The notes under the pieces: model-generated
Database searches by the model: none
What the model saw: the letters and a program-made list of their open reading frames with translations, nothing else
Told to the model about the DNA's origin: nothing
Source of the DNA: Curvularia clavata
Taxonomy: Eukaryota
DNA: 64,000 nt
NCBI GenBank assembly: GCA_023920165.1
Contig: CP089275.1
Coordinates: forward strand, 4,712,001-4,776,000
Reading direction: 5' to 3'
Made by a program: the position numbers and the translations under genes
Shown: positions 49,059-62,200 of the stretch, piece after piece
Numbering within the stretch: the stretch's first letter is position 1
Layout: the number at the start of each line of letters is the position of its first letter

Positions 49059-49728
49059 AGATGGACTTATTTTGGAATATGGACAGGAACACAACATTTG
49101 CGTGACATGGTGCTTTGATTATCTGTGTCTTGAGAACCACTTTTCGTTTCTGGGTAAGTTACGTAGCGAATGGAAAGCTTCAGCTGCACCCAGAAATATG
49201 TTAAAGCGGAAGCAAGTCATTATAGCTATTCATATCTATATGCCCCGCCTGGAATAAGCCACCAAGCGGTGTATTGCAAAACATGCTTCCACCCGATGGC
49301 GCTCTTACGGAATCAAAAATCCTCTCCCCCCAATCCTTCCTTCTTCCAAACCTCCCTCCCTCGATATGTTGAAGCAATGAAAAGGGCAGGGGTGGGGGAG
49401 CTAAGATAACAAACATGCTGTTTTACCCAGATACTGCGCGAAAAGGGAAGGGGTATAAGTAGTATCGAACAACGGATTACAAAACGCGATACACAAGAAA
49501 TTTGCCGGTATTAGTAGTGATGATGAACAAGAATTGCAAGGGGGTATTCATCCGGTCGTTGCAAACAAACAAAAAATGTATAGGCAAGGAAAGAAGAAAA
49601 AAGGGAGACAACAAAGGCTGGACGCTCGCTTGCGTAACGTGATAGAAGAATTTAGAACATGCCAACAGACAGTGGGGTAGTTAATACTTTGAAGTCCAAG
49701 ATCAACGAGGTGTGGGGCAGATCCGAGC

Positions 49729-52700
49729 TTAATTGGTGAAGCTGACCTGAGTCTTCAACCTCTCGGTGGTGCGCCTCCTTGAGACCGCACGCTGCTCGCT
49801 TGTGCCTCGTGTGACGTTGTTCCAGTCCTCCCAGTCGCCAGCTATTTCTGTAAGCACATTGCCCATGACCTGTGCGCTGGCCATGAGCCCGTGCTGCTCG
49901 CCCTCCAGGATGCGAACTTCGCATTTGCGCATGAGCTTGCCGAGCCATCGCACATTGTCTACAGGTACACGCGAGTCCTTGGATCCATGGTGGATGACCA
50001 CTGGACGGTTGATGTCCTCATATCGGAAGCCAATTGTCTGCTTGGTTTCGAGACAGACAATAAGATCAGTGGCGGGATTAGCATGTGCTGTTGCACGATC
50101 CCAGATTGCAAAAGTGAGACGCTCGTCGAAAGCGCGCTGCCGCTCGCGTTCGGCTATAGTAAGCATTTCTCTCATGCGTTGTGCCTCCTCGTCGTTGGGG
50201 GCTGGAGAGTTTGCCAAACTCAGGGTGCTGGCATTTGGCAACACTTGGTCCATAACCATCATCGAATGTCGGTGGGTGTCTTTGAGTGAAGGTCGCGTCG
50301 AAGCCTGACTTGGCGCCGGCGAAGGGGCCATGCTTTTCCGTTTCGTTTTGGGCGCGGTCTTGGGCCCGGTGCGCTGAAGGCTTGCGCTAGTCGCACTCAG
50401 AAAGGTGGAGTTTGCAACCTTGAGAAGTGATGGAGGTAGAGCACGAAGGAAGCGCTGTGACCGCGGAAGCTGCTGCGTTGGTGGACTGTCTTGGCTGATG
50501 CCAATAGGCGCCATTTGCGAGGGTGGTATCCAGGGAGCAAGCAAATGCACCCTGCCGCGAATATGCTGTGGCATTCGCAACGATGTTGCGAGAGCATAGA
50601 CGGCTCCCGCTGAGTGTGCCAATAGAGAGAACTTGTTGATCTTCAATGCTTGACATATTATGAGTACGTCATCTAGTCAATGTTAGCATAGGACTAAAGT
50701 AGCCGATACCGGACCCATCTACTTACCAGGCCAACTGAGAGGCGTCCCATTCGGGTCGCCTTGACTTCCTCCAATACCAGGTCGGTCCGGTGTGATCAAA
50801 CGCAGCTTCAACGTAGCAGCGAGTTGATCGTAAAAGGCCATGACATACCTGGTGAGACCCATGCCCACGCAGACAAAAACGGCAAAACCTTGGGGGTCGC
50901 CCACTTCGGAGAAGGATATTATCCTGCCCGTCTGTGGATGACGAATCTTTTGCGACAAGCGCTCAGAGTTCAGGTATTGAGTTACATCTATATCGATCGA
51001 GTCACGACTTGCAGGCCGCTCTTCAATGATTGGGTGTGGCGGGCTTTGCACCGCCGCAGCTCTTGCCATCTCTTCTTTCCGCTCCATTCTTTCATTGTGA
51101 GCTTTCTCTGCCTTTGCTGGTAGGTCAGGGTGAGACCATCTCTTCTTGGCGCTTGTACGCTTACGCTGGAGTTGCGCGCTGTGAGAATCCGGTAACGTCG
51201 ATATGAGCATTGATCGGTGTCGAGTAATGGGCTCTTCGCTGGCTGCCCGCGAAGGCAGAGACAGCCTGGTTATGGAATCATCAGTGACGCTTGTGGAGTG
51301 TCTGTGTCCGGAAGGTTTGGTTATAGTAACCGCACCAGATGCGGTCCGCATTATGACTGAAGTCCTGCCTCCAGCAGCAATAGAGTTTGAGCGCTTCATA
51401 GAAGAGCCGTTGCTCGTCATGGTGGTTTTGGATGCGATGCTCGTGCCGATAGGCAAACAGGATAACCTTGAATCTGTGATCGACGCAGGGGACGGTAGAG
51501 AGAGGCTTTCAAGAGCAAGCGAATAGTCGATGGGTAGCTGGCTAATTGTGTCACCGTCATTCAGCGTCAGGCTTCGGGGTCGTGGCCGCTGAGATCGTGC
51601 TCGGTGGGGTACTGGAAGGCTAGGCTTATCTGTATATTCCTTTTCAGCGGCCTTATCGCCTGGCCAGTTAACAGGCTCCTGGGAGATGCCAAGCACCTTG
51701 TGGGCCTTTGTAGGATCGCTGATCCTCTTTCCATCATCTGACACACTTGATACAGTCGTGGTGGGGGAGCATTCAGGGCTCGGGATGGATGAAACGCCAG
51801 GTTCACTTGATGGTGTTGCCCCTGCATCCATGTCTGCAGGCAAAATCCCGGCTAATTTCTCTCTTTGCATTTTTCTTTCGCGTAGTTCTCGGATTCTCTG
51901 GGCGACTTCACTTGGTTCTCGTTCCAAATTTTCCAGGATCTTCTTCTGCTTCTGCGCGTCGGGATCCACCTTTCCCTCCGACGCCATTTTGATAGCCTCT
52001 TGGAGTACGGGTTGATTTTTGCTCGACTTTGGGCGATTCTTTTCGTCAGACCTATGCTTTTTGTGTTTACGTGTCGGACTAGCAGAGTGTTTCAAGGAAG
52101 ATCCACGTGCGGGGATCAGTCCTTTGTCCGATGGGCTCTCACCAAACGGACCATCTACCAGATTCAAACGAATGCGGCGTGTGCTCGAATGCCGGGGCAC
52201 AGAACGAGAGGAGCCGATTCCTGCCTCGTCGAGCTGACCGTCGTCTCTCGCAGATGAAGGCTCTTCCTTGATTGTGTCTTCGTATGGGAAAAGCTGTGTC
52301 GTATTCTTTCTCGGGGAGTCGCTGGTGGGGGTGTCGTCGAAGCCGTGTACCGTCGCGCGCTTTCGTTCTGTTTCCTTTTGCCTTAGTCGCTCACGGGAGC
52401 TCATGTACATCAAGCTTTTATGAGCTTTGACACTCCGTTTGCTCTCCGCCGATGACCTGTTGCTGCCTGTAGATATGCGGCGATTCGTCCCTGCCTCGAT
52501 GCTGATGTTGCCAAAGCTGCTTGCCGAGTGGTTGGAATGCGTAGATTGAAGCGAGCAGGAGCTACTGCCGCTGCGGGCAATGTAGTTGCTGAGTGAATGC
52601 GGTTTGCTTGTTTTCTTGGGCGCAGTCAGGGGCGACTTGCCGGATGGCGGTTTCGAAGTGCGCACAACAGGCGGTTCACATGCGTCGTCTGGGTAAAAGT

Positions 52701-53091
52701 CGCTATGCGCCCTTATTGATTCGTAGTAGCTGGCTTGGTCTGTCGAAGCGCCATCATGGCCTGTGGCGATGGAGGTTTTGTCCGAATGCGCGCGCACGCT
52801 AGGGGCAGCAGACACGGATGGCGCACTGTCGTAGCCGACGAGGAGATTCTCGAAGTGGTTGTGGGCTGGGGTGGAAATGGCTGACAGCTGATCGATCAGG
52901 GACGAGATGATTTGGGGCGAGGTGGCCGCGTTGCGTATGTAGCAGGAGGAGCGCTGGGTCGGGCGGGGGTCGGGTGTCTTGATAGAGAGTGGTAAGGAGT
53001 TGCGCCGCCTCTCTCTCAAACTCTGGTTCGCGGTGGTAGCGGCTGCTGCATCATTGGTGGGAGAAGCGCGGAGCGCCTGCTGTGCGTCCAT
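49729..53091 (-). CDS. Alpha/beta-hydrolase with a long disordered N-terminus; exons 53091-50727 and 50672-49729
   Basis: GRIISFSEVGDP, LITPDRPGIG, spliced WPDDVLIICQAL, nucleophile AHSAG, HHGSKDSRVP and EGEQHGL. Confidence 0.9.
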
Positions 53092-54322
53092 GACGAGCCG
53101 GCCTGCTGCAGTTGGACAGTCTTCTGGCCCAGACGGATATGTGTGTTTTTGTCAAAAAGGGTACACTCGCGGGGGCGCAGCTTGCACATGGGACGGATGG
53201 CTGCCAGTGAAAAGGATCAGTACATGATCGACGTGCAGCGCCGCCCAGCTGCTTGAATGGCAGAAAGCGTACCGGCGACACACTTGTTGGAGTAGCAGCA
53301 AGAGTCAACAGGACGTCTAGGAGAGGGGACGGCGCCCAGTGTTAAATTAGACATCAGCAGCCCGAGGCGAATTGGACGCTGTCGACGCGACGCTCAGGGA
53401 TGCACGACTGCCGCTCTCGCGGCGCCGCTGCACTGGCATGGGCCAGCCGCTAGTCCCCTTTGGGCAGACGCTAGCAAAACATGGCTGCTCCTATCACGCC
53501 CCCACTATCGACCAGCAACAACGACATACGTTTTGGGCTTGTCCCCCAGCCAATACTAAAACGTCCGCCCAAGGCGTTGCTCATCCGTCTCCAGCCCAGC
53601 ACTGTGCCTGGCCAGCCGGGAAAGGGCACGGCGGCGCCTGGCCGGACCCCCCGACCGTTCGGTTGCCGTTAGCCAAGCACGCGTCGCCCCCAGACTCGAC
53701 TTTTATCCGCCCAATCCCCCGAGATGCCGCATGACATTACATTGACTTCAAAGACCCCTGGCGCTCATCATCACATCCGCCCATTCCCGTTGCTTCTCGA
53801 CGTTTGTTCCCTGTCCATTTCACATGATGCCACAGGCCGCTGTCAAGCCAACCACATGCCAAGGAGACTGCAACTCGGAGAATTAAGCACATACCACGCA
53901 ATCTAAGACCGGGAGCAGCCGAATATCAGTCCAGGTTACCCTTCCATGTGTGCCATGCACGATCACCGCCCCTTGCCTTGTCATACGCATATCGAACTGG
54001 TGAAACGCGGAGATAGCTGGGTGCAGAGTAACGCCATGTCGAGTGTATTTTCCTGTAGTGGCGGAAAGAATAATAAATCACGACTGCTACCCAGGCCTGG
54101 AGTAAATGGTACCCAGGTGGCAAATGAAGCTGACAGCAACAAAGTTCAAGTGCAAGCCAACCCAGCCCAACTCCAACCAAGCAAATAACATCGTTATACC
54201 TGCCCGTTTGACAGCCACCATGTTTCACTTTACGTCCTAGGAAACCGCCCGTAGAAATTCTATTCGTCTTTCATGTAAAAAGATCAACAACTGCCAGGTT
54301 GTTCCCCCCCCCCCCTTCTTGA

Positions 54323-54550
54323 TTACCTCACCATCACCGCATCCGCCTGCTCCCCTAGGCCCCCCGCCGCTTCTCTGTCCGCTTCCCCTCTCTTTAACCC
54401 CTCGTTAGCAGTAGCCAACGCACCCTTTTTTCTCTTCTGCCCAAGCCGCCGTCTCTTACGCAAACAAACTGCCAGCACACTGAGGGCAATGGGAACAACA
54501 GCCAGTAACACACCCAGTAGAACAAATTCCCGCGTTCGATCTCTGCCCAT
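54323..54550 (-). CDS. Putative 75-aa single-pass membrane microprotein
   Basis: gccATGg context after a CT-rich leader, one hydrophobic stretch (FVLLGVLLAVVPIALSVLAVCL) followed by the basic cluster RKRRR. Confidence 0.5.
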   Translation of the reverse strand: MGRDRTREFVLLGVLLAVVPIALSVLAVCLRKRRRLGQKRKKGALATANEGLKRGEADREAAGGLGEQADAVMVR

Positions 54551-56598
54551 GGCAGATGGCTGTTGGTGAAGAGAGAGAGAGAAAAGAGGGGTGCCGAATC
54601 CGCAGCTCAAATGACTCGCAAGCTTTCGGTAGCGCAAGCACCCTTCTTTGTGGCGTAGGGGTGTGTGGGAACGAGCGCAGTGGCCGACGGAAACTAGACA
54701 AAACTCGTGTCCCCCGATGTGATTGAAGATCTTGAGGCTCGTGTATAAAATGTGTGGGTGTTTGTGGGTGTGTGAATCGTGCGATCGATCCCTTCAAGAG
54801 ATCTGGGGTTTCCTCAGAGTATACCTACTACCTGATCACCCGCACGTCTTTCTTGTTCCCTCAACCAACATGCGACTTCACGATGCAACTCGACGATTTT
54901 TCGTTTCTTTTCCGCTCCAGAACCTCGTCTGTCTCTTTGGTTGAGAGCAGTGTCACGCGTGCGTTGGGTTTTAGCTTCCACCTTCTCTTTTCTTTTCTTC
55001 TCTGAAGTAAATGCACCATTGTGAACGTCTTTCACCTTGCATCGTCACACGCACGACGACGATAGCTCAGCCTCATGGCTGTGGGAAAGGCGCAAAATAA
55101 ACAAATCGAGCAAAAGCATGCCCAAGAAGACGAGGGCAAGATGAGCCGAGTCGAAGGAAAAGCAATGGGTTGATCAACGAGGCTCGGGCTGCGTCTTGGC
55201 TTGGAATTCCCTAAATGTCACTCTCTAGGTCTCTCTTCACTCCATTCACTATGGCGTATGCAATTCTGGATACTTCCCAACAGAACCACTGAATACCAAC
55301 GATGGCGAAGAATGTTGCCACGCTGACGCCTAAGTATATAGCGTACCTGCAGTGTGATCAGCATACGCACGCGCCCGAGCCCCAATCCTAGCACTGGGCC
55401 GCTATTGCAGTGCGGAAGCAGCCGTCATCGGGCGGGCGGCGGGGTGGCACCGGTAAACTGTTACAGTTACAGTGGCACAAGGCACGTCTTTTTCTCTTTT
55501 CCCGTGCTATGGGAAAGGGAAAAAAGGGACAAGGGATGTGTTACCAGCTCTTTCTTTCTTCCTCGTTATTATGCTTTTTGGGTTAACTTGAGTAAATTCT
55601 GGATTTGTGGGCGGTGGTGTCCACGTGAGGTATGTTGCTGAGCCTAGATATCTTTGACAGTAAGAGTACTTTTCCTTGGTATAAACCTCTCTTTGCCTTT
55701 TCTCTTCATCACCCAACTAGTTGACAATACTCAGACACACACGCAGATGAGTTTCCTTACCAACCAAAAGCGTCAATCTGATAATTTACCCAATCACACA
55801 TAACATCACCGAGTACGATCATTCAAATAAGCCTTTTCAACCCAGAGTATGTGATAGAATAGCGTATAAACGACCAGCGTTAGGCAACGTGGACCACAAC
55901 CTTTATTCTTTCTTTTCAAGCGAGGCAATGGCCCCCGACTTTGAACTAATGTTATGCTAATGCCAAGATATATACATGGTGAAATGAAGATTCCCCATCC
56001 CAGCCACGCTCACCACTGCCCTCCAACACCAGTAGCAGTATCCAAACCAACAAAAACAAAGGGAAAGCAAAAAAAAAGAGACGATGCCAGCAATGCCCTA
56101 GCAAGAATGAAAAGCAAGAAAAAGAAAAAAACGCCGCGAATGTTATGGGTTCGTATCTGTCGTGTCTATATCCAAGAATGCAATGGTGCTGTTTTGTCGC
56201 GCTACGCTGTTGCCAAAGAAAGAAAACGCTGATTGGACAATGCCAACAATGTAACGACAGAAAAGAAGAAGAAGAAGAAAATGTGAGACAGGCAAATGTA
56301 TGTTTTGCCAAAAAGAAAAGGAGACAAAGGAGAAGAAAGGGAAGAAAGAAAAAAAGAGTATGCTTTCGACGGTTGCGGTGCAATGGTGGATGGGTAAGAT
56401 ATGCTGTGCTAATCTTGTTTATGTGTGTAGTGTAGAAAAGGGTTGGAGTGTGTATCCTGCTTTATGCAATGACGATGCTGTCCAGCGATGCTTGTGCGAA
56501 GCGAAGCGGGAGGAAGGCAGTAAAATCCAAGTGCTGTGCTAAAAATCAAAGCCAAGTAATATTCGTGAAGGCGTGTTTAGCAATGTCAAGGACAATGT

Positions 56599-58107
56599 TT
56601 AAAAGTCGACACTCCATCTAAAGCTCGGATCTTTCTCTGGAGGACCTGATTCCCGATCAAAAGGGACATTGACAATAGCTTCTGCTTCGTCGTCATCGTC
56701 ATTCAAATGTTTTGAAGCCCCTTCTTTTCGCGCTCGGCCGGCCATGTCTTCTTCGGAAGGTGGGAGCCGGATCTTGGCTTCGACTAGAGGTGCAGAGACG
56801 AATCGCGAATTTAGCAATGCTTGTGGCGAAACGAGATCTTGGAGACAATTTAAGGAGGAGACGTCGGAAGTGCCGAGTGGTACTCGACGCTTGGTGGGAC
56901 TGGTCCCTGTTTCGCGGGTCGGGGTAGCTGTGGAACCATGGTATGCAGGCTTAGGTTTTGCTGGCATAGGGGAAGTATTCTCGTCATCGTGATTTCCGGG
57001 AATCTCGGCAGTCGAATCTTCTCGTCCCGAATTGCTAGAGAAGACAGTGGAGAGAGCAGGTCGACTCTGGCGGGCACGGACCGCCTTGAGGTCTGGAATA
57101 GGCGTGATACCCCGAGCTGTGTTGTCAACTGGATCTGCAGATTGCTGGGTGCTAGTAGTGTCTGTACGTGTAATGCCATGGTCACGAGCCATGGCGGTAT
57201 CTCTTCTTTTTCTGTTTGGTGAGATGCTAGTGGCAGAAGGGGGTCGAGCCTGGGGCGTCCTGCAGCGGCCGTGTGAGAGGTTGGAGTAAGAGCCATTCGG
57301 GGACGTGGTAAGTCGGTCGGGCGTCTCTCCTCGCTCAAGTTTGTGCATCAGGTGCCTCGTGCTAACCTGGCGACCTAGACTCAGCTCTACACGGCTGCTT
57401 GCACCACTGCCGCTACGGCTCCGGTTTGTTGCGCGCTCCTTTCCTGCCATTACGCTGGCTTTGGGCGGCGGTTGAAGCATCCACCGGTTTTCCGCGGGAT
57501 CGGGAGATGGTAGACTAACGACGGGTGGGTGCAGCTCGTTGACCGGAGGCGCGCGTGCGACATAGTAACTTCCGGCCCTCGACACGTTTGGTCTTCGCAT
57601 CTGGTAGCCACCACCACCCACCGACGAGCCCGTTATGGTTTGTTCCAGCGCAGTCGAGTGGTCGTCATAGCCCCATAGGTCCTCGTCCTCTCTCTGGTAG
57701 CGCTTGTGGTTCCAGGTCTCGTCGTCATCGTCGAGTGTGTCGTCGCTGAGGCGGTTTTCGGTGCCATGGGCGATGTCGATGCTGCTTCCGCCCTTGCTCA
57801 AGGTTGAACTCTGTGTTCCCCGTGTGGGCAGGCCTCTGGAACTGCCGCCATGTGGCGTATTGGTTCTCCTCGCTCTTCGTGGAGGCGGGCCCGGGCCCAT
57901 GGCAATCTCCTCGCTCCAGTATGCATTGGTGCCCGTGGGCTCGGGGTGGTGATATGCGCCGGGCTGCTCGAGTTCCAGCTTCTCTCGCAGTTTCCGGGCC
58001 TCTTTGGCGGCTTTGCGCCTTTTTCTGCTGTCGCTGTAGCCGGTACAGGGGGCGCAGGAAGCGTAGTGGAAGACGGCGCTCTGGACGCCTCTCATGAACC
58101 ACGCCAT
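56599..58107 (-). CDS. Hypothetical protein (502 aa, mostly disordered)
   Basis: Long intronless ORF with good start context (accATGg) and motif-like islands: FHYASCAPC, YHHPEPTGTNAYWSEEIAMGPGPP, WNHKRYQREDE, WMLQPPPKASVM and RWSVDF. Confidence 0.82.
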   Translation of the reverse strand: MAWFMRGVQSAVFHYASCAPCTGYSDSRKRRKAAKEARKLREKLELEQPGAYHHPEPTGTNAYWSEEIAMGPGPPPRRARRTNTPHGGSSRGLPTRGTQSSTLSKGGSSIDIAHGTENRLSDDTLDDDDETWNHKRYQREDEDLWGYDDHSTALEQTITGSSVGGGGYQMRRPNVSRAGSYYVARAPPVNELHPPVVSLPSPDPAENRWMLQPPPKASVMAGKERATNRSRSGSGASSRVELSLGRQVSTRHLMHKLERGETPDRLTTSPNGSYSNLSHGRCRTPQARPPSATSISPNRKRRDTAMARDHGITRTDTTSTQQSADPVDNTARGITPIPDLKAVRARQSRPALSTVFSSNSGREDSTAEIPGNHDDENTSPMPAKPKPAYHGSTATPTRETGTSPTKRRVPLGTSDVSSLNCLQDLVSPQALLNSRFVSAPLVEAKIRLPPSEEDMAGRARKEGASKHLNDDDDEAEAIVNVPFDRESGPPEKDPSFRWSVDF

Positions 58108-59239
58108 GGTGTCGAAGGGTTGTGTTCAGGCAGGGAAGTGGTCGGGTTTCGGATGAATGCTGCGACGTTTGCCTGAGGAGCAGGAGAGCAGGTAGAGGAG
58201 AGAGGTTTCAGACGACGATGCAGCATGGAGGGTCATTGCCGCTCCTTGCCATGGAGCCTTCTCGAGCACGCGACAGAGTCAATGGCGGTGGAGTTGGAGC
58301 GGACGTTTCGTGTGGTTGGTTTGGGTGAGCGCGGTGCACGGATGCGGGTGCCGGCGGGTGCTCGACAGTAATAGGCAGGAGGGCTTAGATGAAGTAATGG
58401 ACTGATTGCGCGCACCGGTCCTTGTTCTTTCCGGGCGAACAAGCACAACAGCCAACCCACCACCAAGGCACTGGCGCAAACGACGAGGGGTGGGGGCTAC
58501 GCGTCTGTCGCGGTTGTCTGTCGTGAAAGAACCGGCCAACTACAGCTGGCAGTTGCTAGGCGCTCGTCACCCAAAGAGCCCGTTTCGAAGACGAAACGGT
58601 GTGCTTTGGCGGCTCTGGCTCTAGTGTGGGTGCGGCACAGGGCGCCGGGTAAGGCCCGAAAATAGCAACCCAAATCCCTTTTGTTGAAACACCTGTCGTG
58701 CTCGCCCTCGGCGCTACTCTGGCCCTCGTCGTACGTCTACTCAGAATCGCATGAGACCAGCCTCGTCCCTTTGCAGCGTCGGCACAGGGGAGCGGGGGCG
58801 GCGTCGGGAATGCACCAGCAAGCATACTTAGACGGTCGTAGTGTGAGCAGATAGCCGCGGCACAAGATAGGCTATCGGCTCTTGTGGGCTGGGGTGCCAG
58901 CACATGCATAAACTAGCGGGGTTGAGCCGCCGGCCCCTTGCGTGCGCGTCCTGCTTACATGTACATGTAGTGTACCAAATATGTGACTGAGAAAAGTGCT
59001 TCCTAAAACACTGCACATGGTATATTGCTTTCTAAAACTTACACAACGCCGTGTCATGCCATCATAGCCCTTGGCCAAACAAGCACATGTATACATAATT
59101 CTCGACCCGGCCCATGGTACCGCCCGCGCAGCAATTTGTACCACTCCATCCATGCCCCAACCTCTCGTCATCAGCATAGAGACAAGCCGGAGAAAAGAAA
59201 AGAAGAAAAAAGAGTCCAGAGCAGTCGGCGCAGCCCCGT

Positions 59240-62200
59240 TCACTCCCTGATTTGCGCCTTCAACCCAGCAACTTCTCTCTTCAGTCGTGCATTTTCTTTC
59301 CTTAGTCGCGCAGCCTCTTCTTCGCTTGACTTCAACCGGCGTTCCACCTCCTCGCTGGCCCTGCCCTTGCGCGCGCTGCTCGTCACCTTCTCCAGCTCTT
59401 CGTTGAACCGTGCATACAGCGCTTCGTTCTCTGCGTTGACATCGCGATACAGTTGGTCCAGATGCTTGCATCGGGCTTCAGACACCTGCAGAGACGTCGC
59501 CACATCATTGGCTATTCCCGATGTGCGCGTCGACAGCAACTCCAGCGTCGCCTTGAGCTGCTTCTCCAGAACCCCAATCCGTGCTTCAGCTGACCTGGCC
59601 CCGTTGGTAAGCGACAACGACGGCGCAGAGCTTTGAGTCGTGAGACGCGGTGTGCCTTTGCTACTCAACTCCTGCCCGATAGCGCTCAGCTCGCTCTGTA
59701 ATGCATTCGACGCCTCAGCAATGTCCTGCTCTTGAACCTGTAGTCTCTCACGCAGCTTTTGTGGCGATTGCATCCGGAGCCTCTTGGGTGGACTCGTCGA
59801 TCCAGTCCCCATTTTCGTAGGCGACCGTGGCGTTGAAGGAAGTTTGACCGTGTTACCAGACCCTGTGCGCTCGTGTAACCCAGACCCCGTAGGTCGGAGG
59901 CTTGGGATACCCGAAATCGTCTCGCTTCGCTTCTTCGTAGGGCTAAGCGACTTGATGGTTACCTCATCCTTAACCTCGAGTTTTGGCGTAATCGACTTTG
60001 ACCGCGTGTGCCCTGGACGTTCCAAGCCAGTCGGTGCGTTTTCCTTCTTCTCCACTCGCATCGGAGATCCAAGCCGTGCGGGCGTGGGTATCGACGATGC
60101 ATGCTTGTTGAGCACGGCCGCTCCCGATGGCGTCTGGGGACGAGGTGAATCGCTAATCTGCCGAGTCTCGTGGCGAAGTGTCGACTCGGTCTTGCGAGGT
60201 GCTTCAGGGGACCACTCAGGTACATCGTCAGCATCCTGTAATGTCTTAAGATCACTCAGAGAAGAGCGCCGCTTCTTGCGGGGAGGCCCAGCATTGGGCG
60301 GTACCTCTCCAATTGTTCCAAGCACCCCACTATACGGCCGGTTGTTCGTAGTTGGCGTTTCAAAGCTGAATGCGCCTAGTACTGTTGGCCGATCGCGAGA
60401 TGAGGGTCGCTTGGGCGAGAGCCGCGCTGCAGCGTCGGTGGAGTTGGAGCGAGCAAGTGGCCCGACTCCGTTTCTCGATATGCTTGGTGGCTGTGCGTCT
60501 ACATGGCTGTTCTTGCTTAGCGAACGCCATAACGATCCCACCTTTGAATCGTTCTCGTTTTTGCTGTTCTCCCGAGTCAGAGTGCCAAACCCAAATCGTC
60601 TCCTGAGTGAAGTGTTCGAGTTGATCGAGCCGGCTGCCAGGCGGCCCTTAGAGTCTATGGACCCGTAGATTGGGGTACCGACACCCGGCGTCTGAGGTGG
60701 AAAGAGCACATCGATATCTTCCACTAAACGGTCCACCAGCGATATGAAGTCGTGCGAGTTTCCAGCAGGGACCAGCATCTCAGCAAACGCTGCAGTGAGG
60801 ATGCCGCGATCCCCATCGTTGCTGGTTCCATCTAGCAGTTCGGCCAGTAGATTGATGATCGCCCTGAATGCTCGTTGATTTGGGGGCGCAAATTGATCGA
60901 GCATGTTTCTGAAAAACTCCTCAAACTCCTCAGGGTTTAACGTGTCCGATCGCATTTGCAATGAAACTAGGGTAGCATGAGATAGAACAGGCCCCATGCG
61001 CTCCCTCCAAGCGATGCTGAGGAACTTGTCAAAAACCGCAAACAAGACGTCAACTGACGATTGGCTGGCCAGATCGAGGTTCCCAGGATTCTCAAGGACC
61101 GTGTTGTAGAGTTCGTTGACAACGAGTTCGTCTGCAACATTCCTTGCGCGGACCGAACGTCCAACAATGTTGCCTTTGCGTGCAAGCAGGGCGAGTGTCA
61201 GATTCGCAAGACTCTCTTCAAGTTTCGAGATGGGGTCGGTCATCATGCCAGCAAACGTGGCGCTCTTGTTGGTGCTGGATGAATTAGGACGTGATGATTC
61301 ACCATCCCGGCTTTGAGCACGAGCAGGCATGGCGGGCAAAGGTGGCGGCATCCGAGGTATCTCGCCCAAAGTGTGGGCATTTCGCTGTAGTTTGCGAGAT
61401 CCACCACCTTCCTTGCCGATGGTCCCGCTGAGGTTGCTCACACTTCCGCCAAAGAAGCTTGATAGCATCTTAACTGGGGAATGTGGGCGACTCTTGCTGC
61501 CTCGCTCCTGCTCCATTTCGTACATTTCAAGAGCAAGCGACTTGAGTATCTGGTGGTTCCGGCGCAGATAGGCATCAGTCAGTGCTACATTCTTTACGCT
61601 ATTGCGCAACTGGAAGAAGTTGGTGAGACGCTTTGTTAGTACAGGCAGGAATTCCAGGTTGGTCAGTTTGTCTCGCGCCGCGAATCCATTGGTGCCAGTG
61701 CTTTCCAAAAGGTACAGTCCCTCTCCGATGGTCGAAATCGTGATGGTAAGCTCGATGCCATTGTCGCCAACTTCTATTGGACGAGAGAACTTGGATCCCT
61801 CTACAAGAATTTGTACCCTCGCAGGTTCTCTCCGGCCCTCAATTTGTCGATCACCCGTCTCTTCCGTGATGGATGAGAAGAAGCTCAAATCGCCGGGCAG
61901 GGTTCGAACTTCCCATTTATCGCCCTCCCGCTCTGCTTCAGAGAATCTGCCCTCGATGCGAGCTTTTGTAAGCTCTTCGGTAAACTTCTGTCCTTTGCCC
62001 TCGTACGAGCCTTGTAGGTAAAACATGCGGATACCGACCCTCTGCTGCTCCCGACTTCGTGACCGCGAGGAAGTACTGACCATTGGCACAGGGGATATAA
62101 CCTGAAGGATATTTCCTTCCGAGTGTTCGCTGATAAACACATCGCTTAGGCTCAGATATTGGTGGAAGGCAAGCTCGGTGGTTCCGTCGAATGATTCAGC

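Noticed and set aside
55952..56435. Phe/Leu-rich and Lys-rich ORFs
   Set aside because: They derive from A/T-rich low-complexity sequence in the likely 3' UTR of the 56599 gene.
53100..56590. Long intergenic region as a possible telomerase RNA or other lncRNA locus
   Set aside because: I found no TAACCCTAA-type template or other diagnostic motif.
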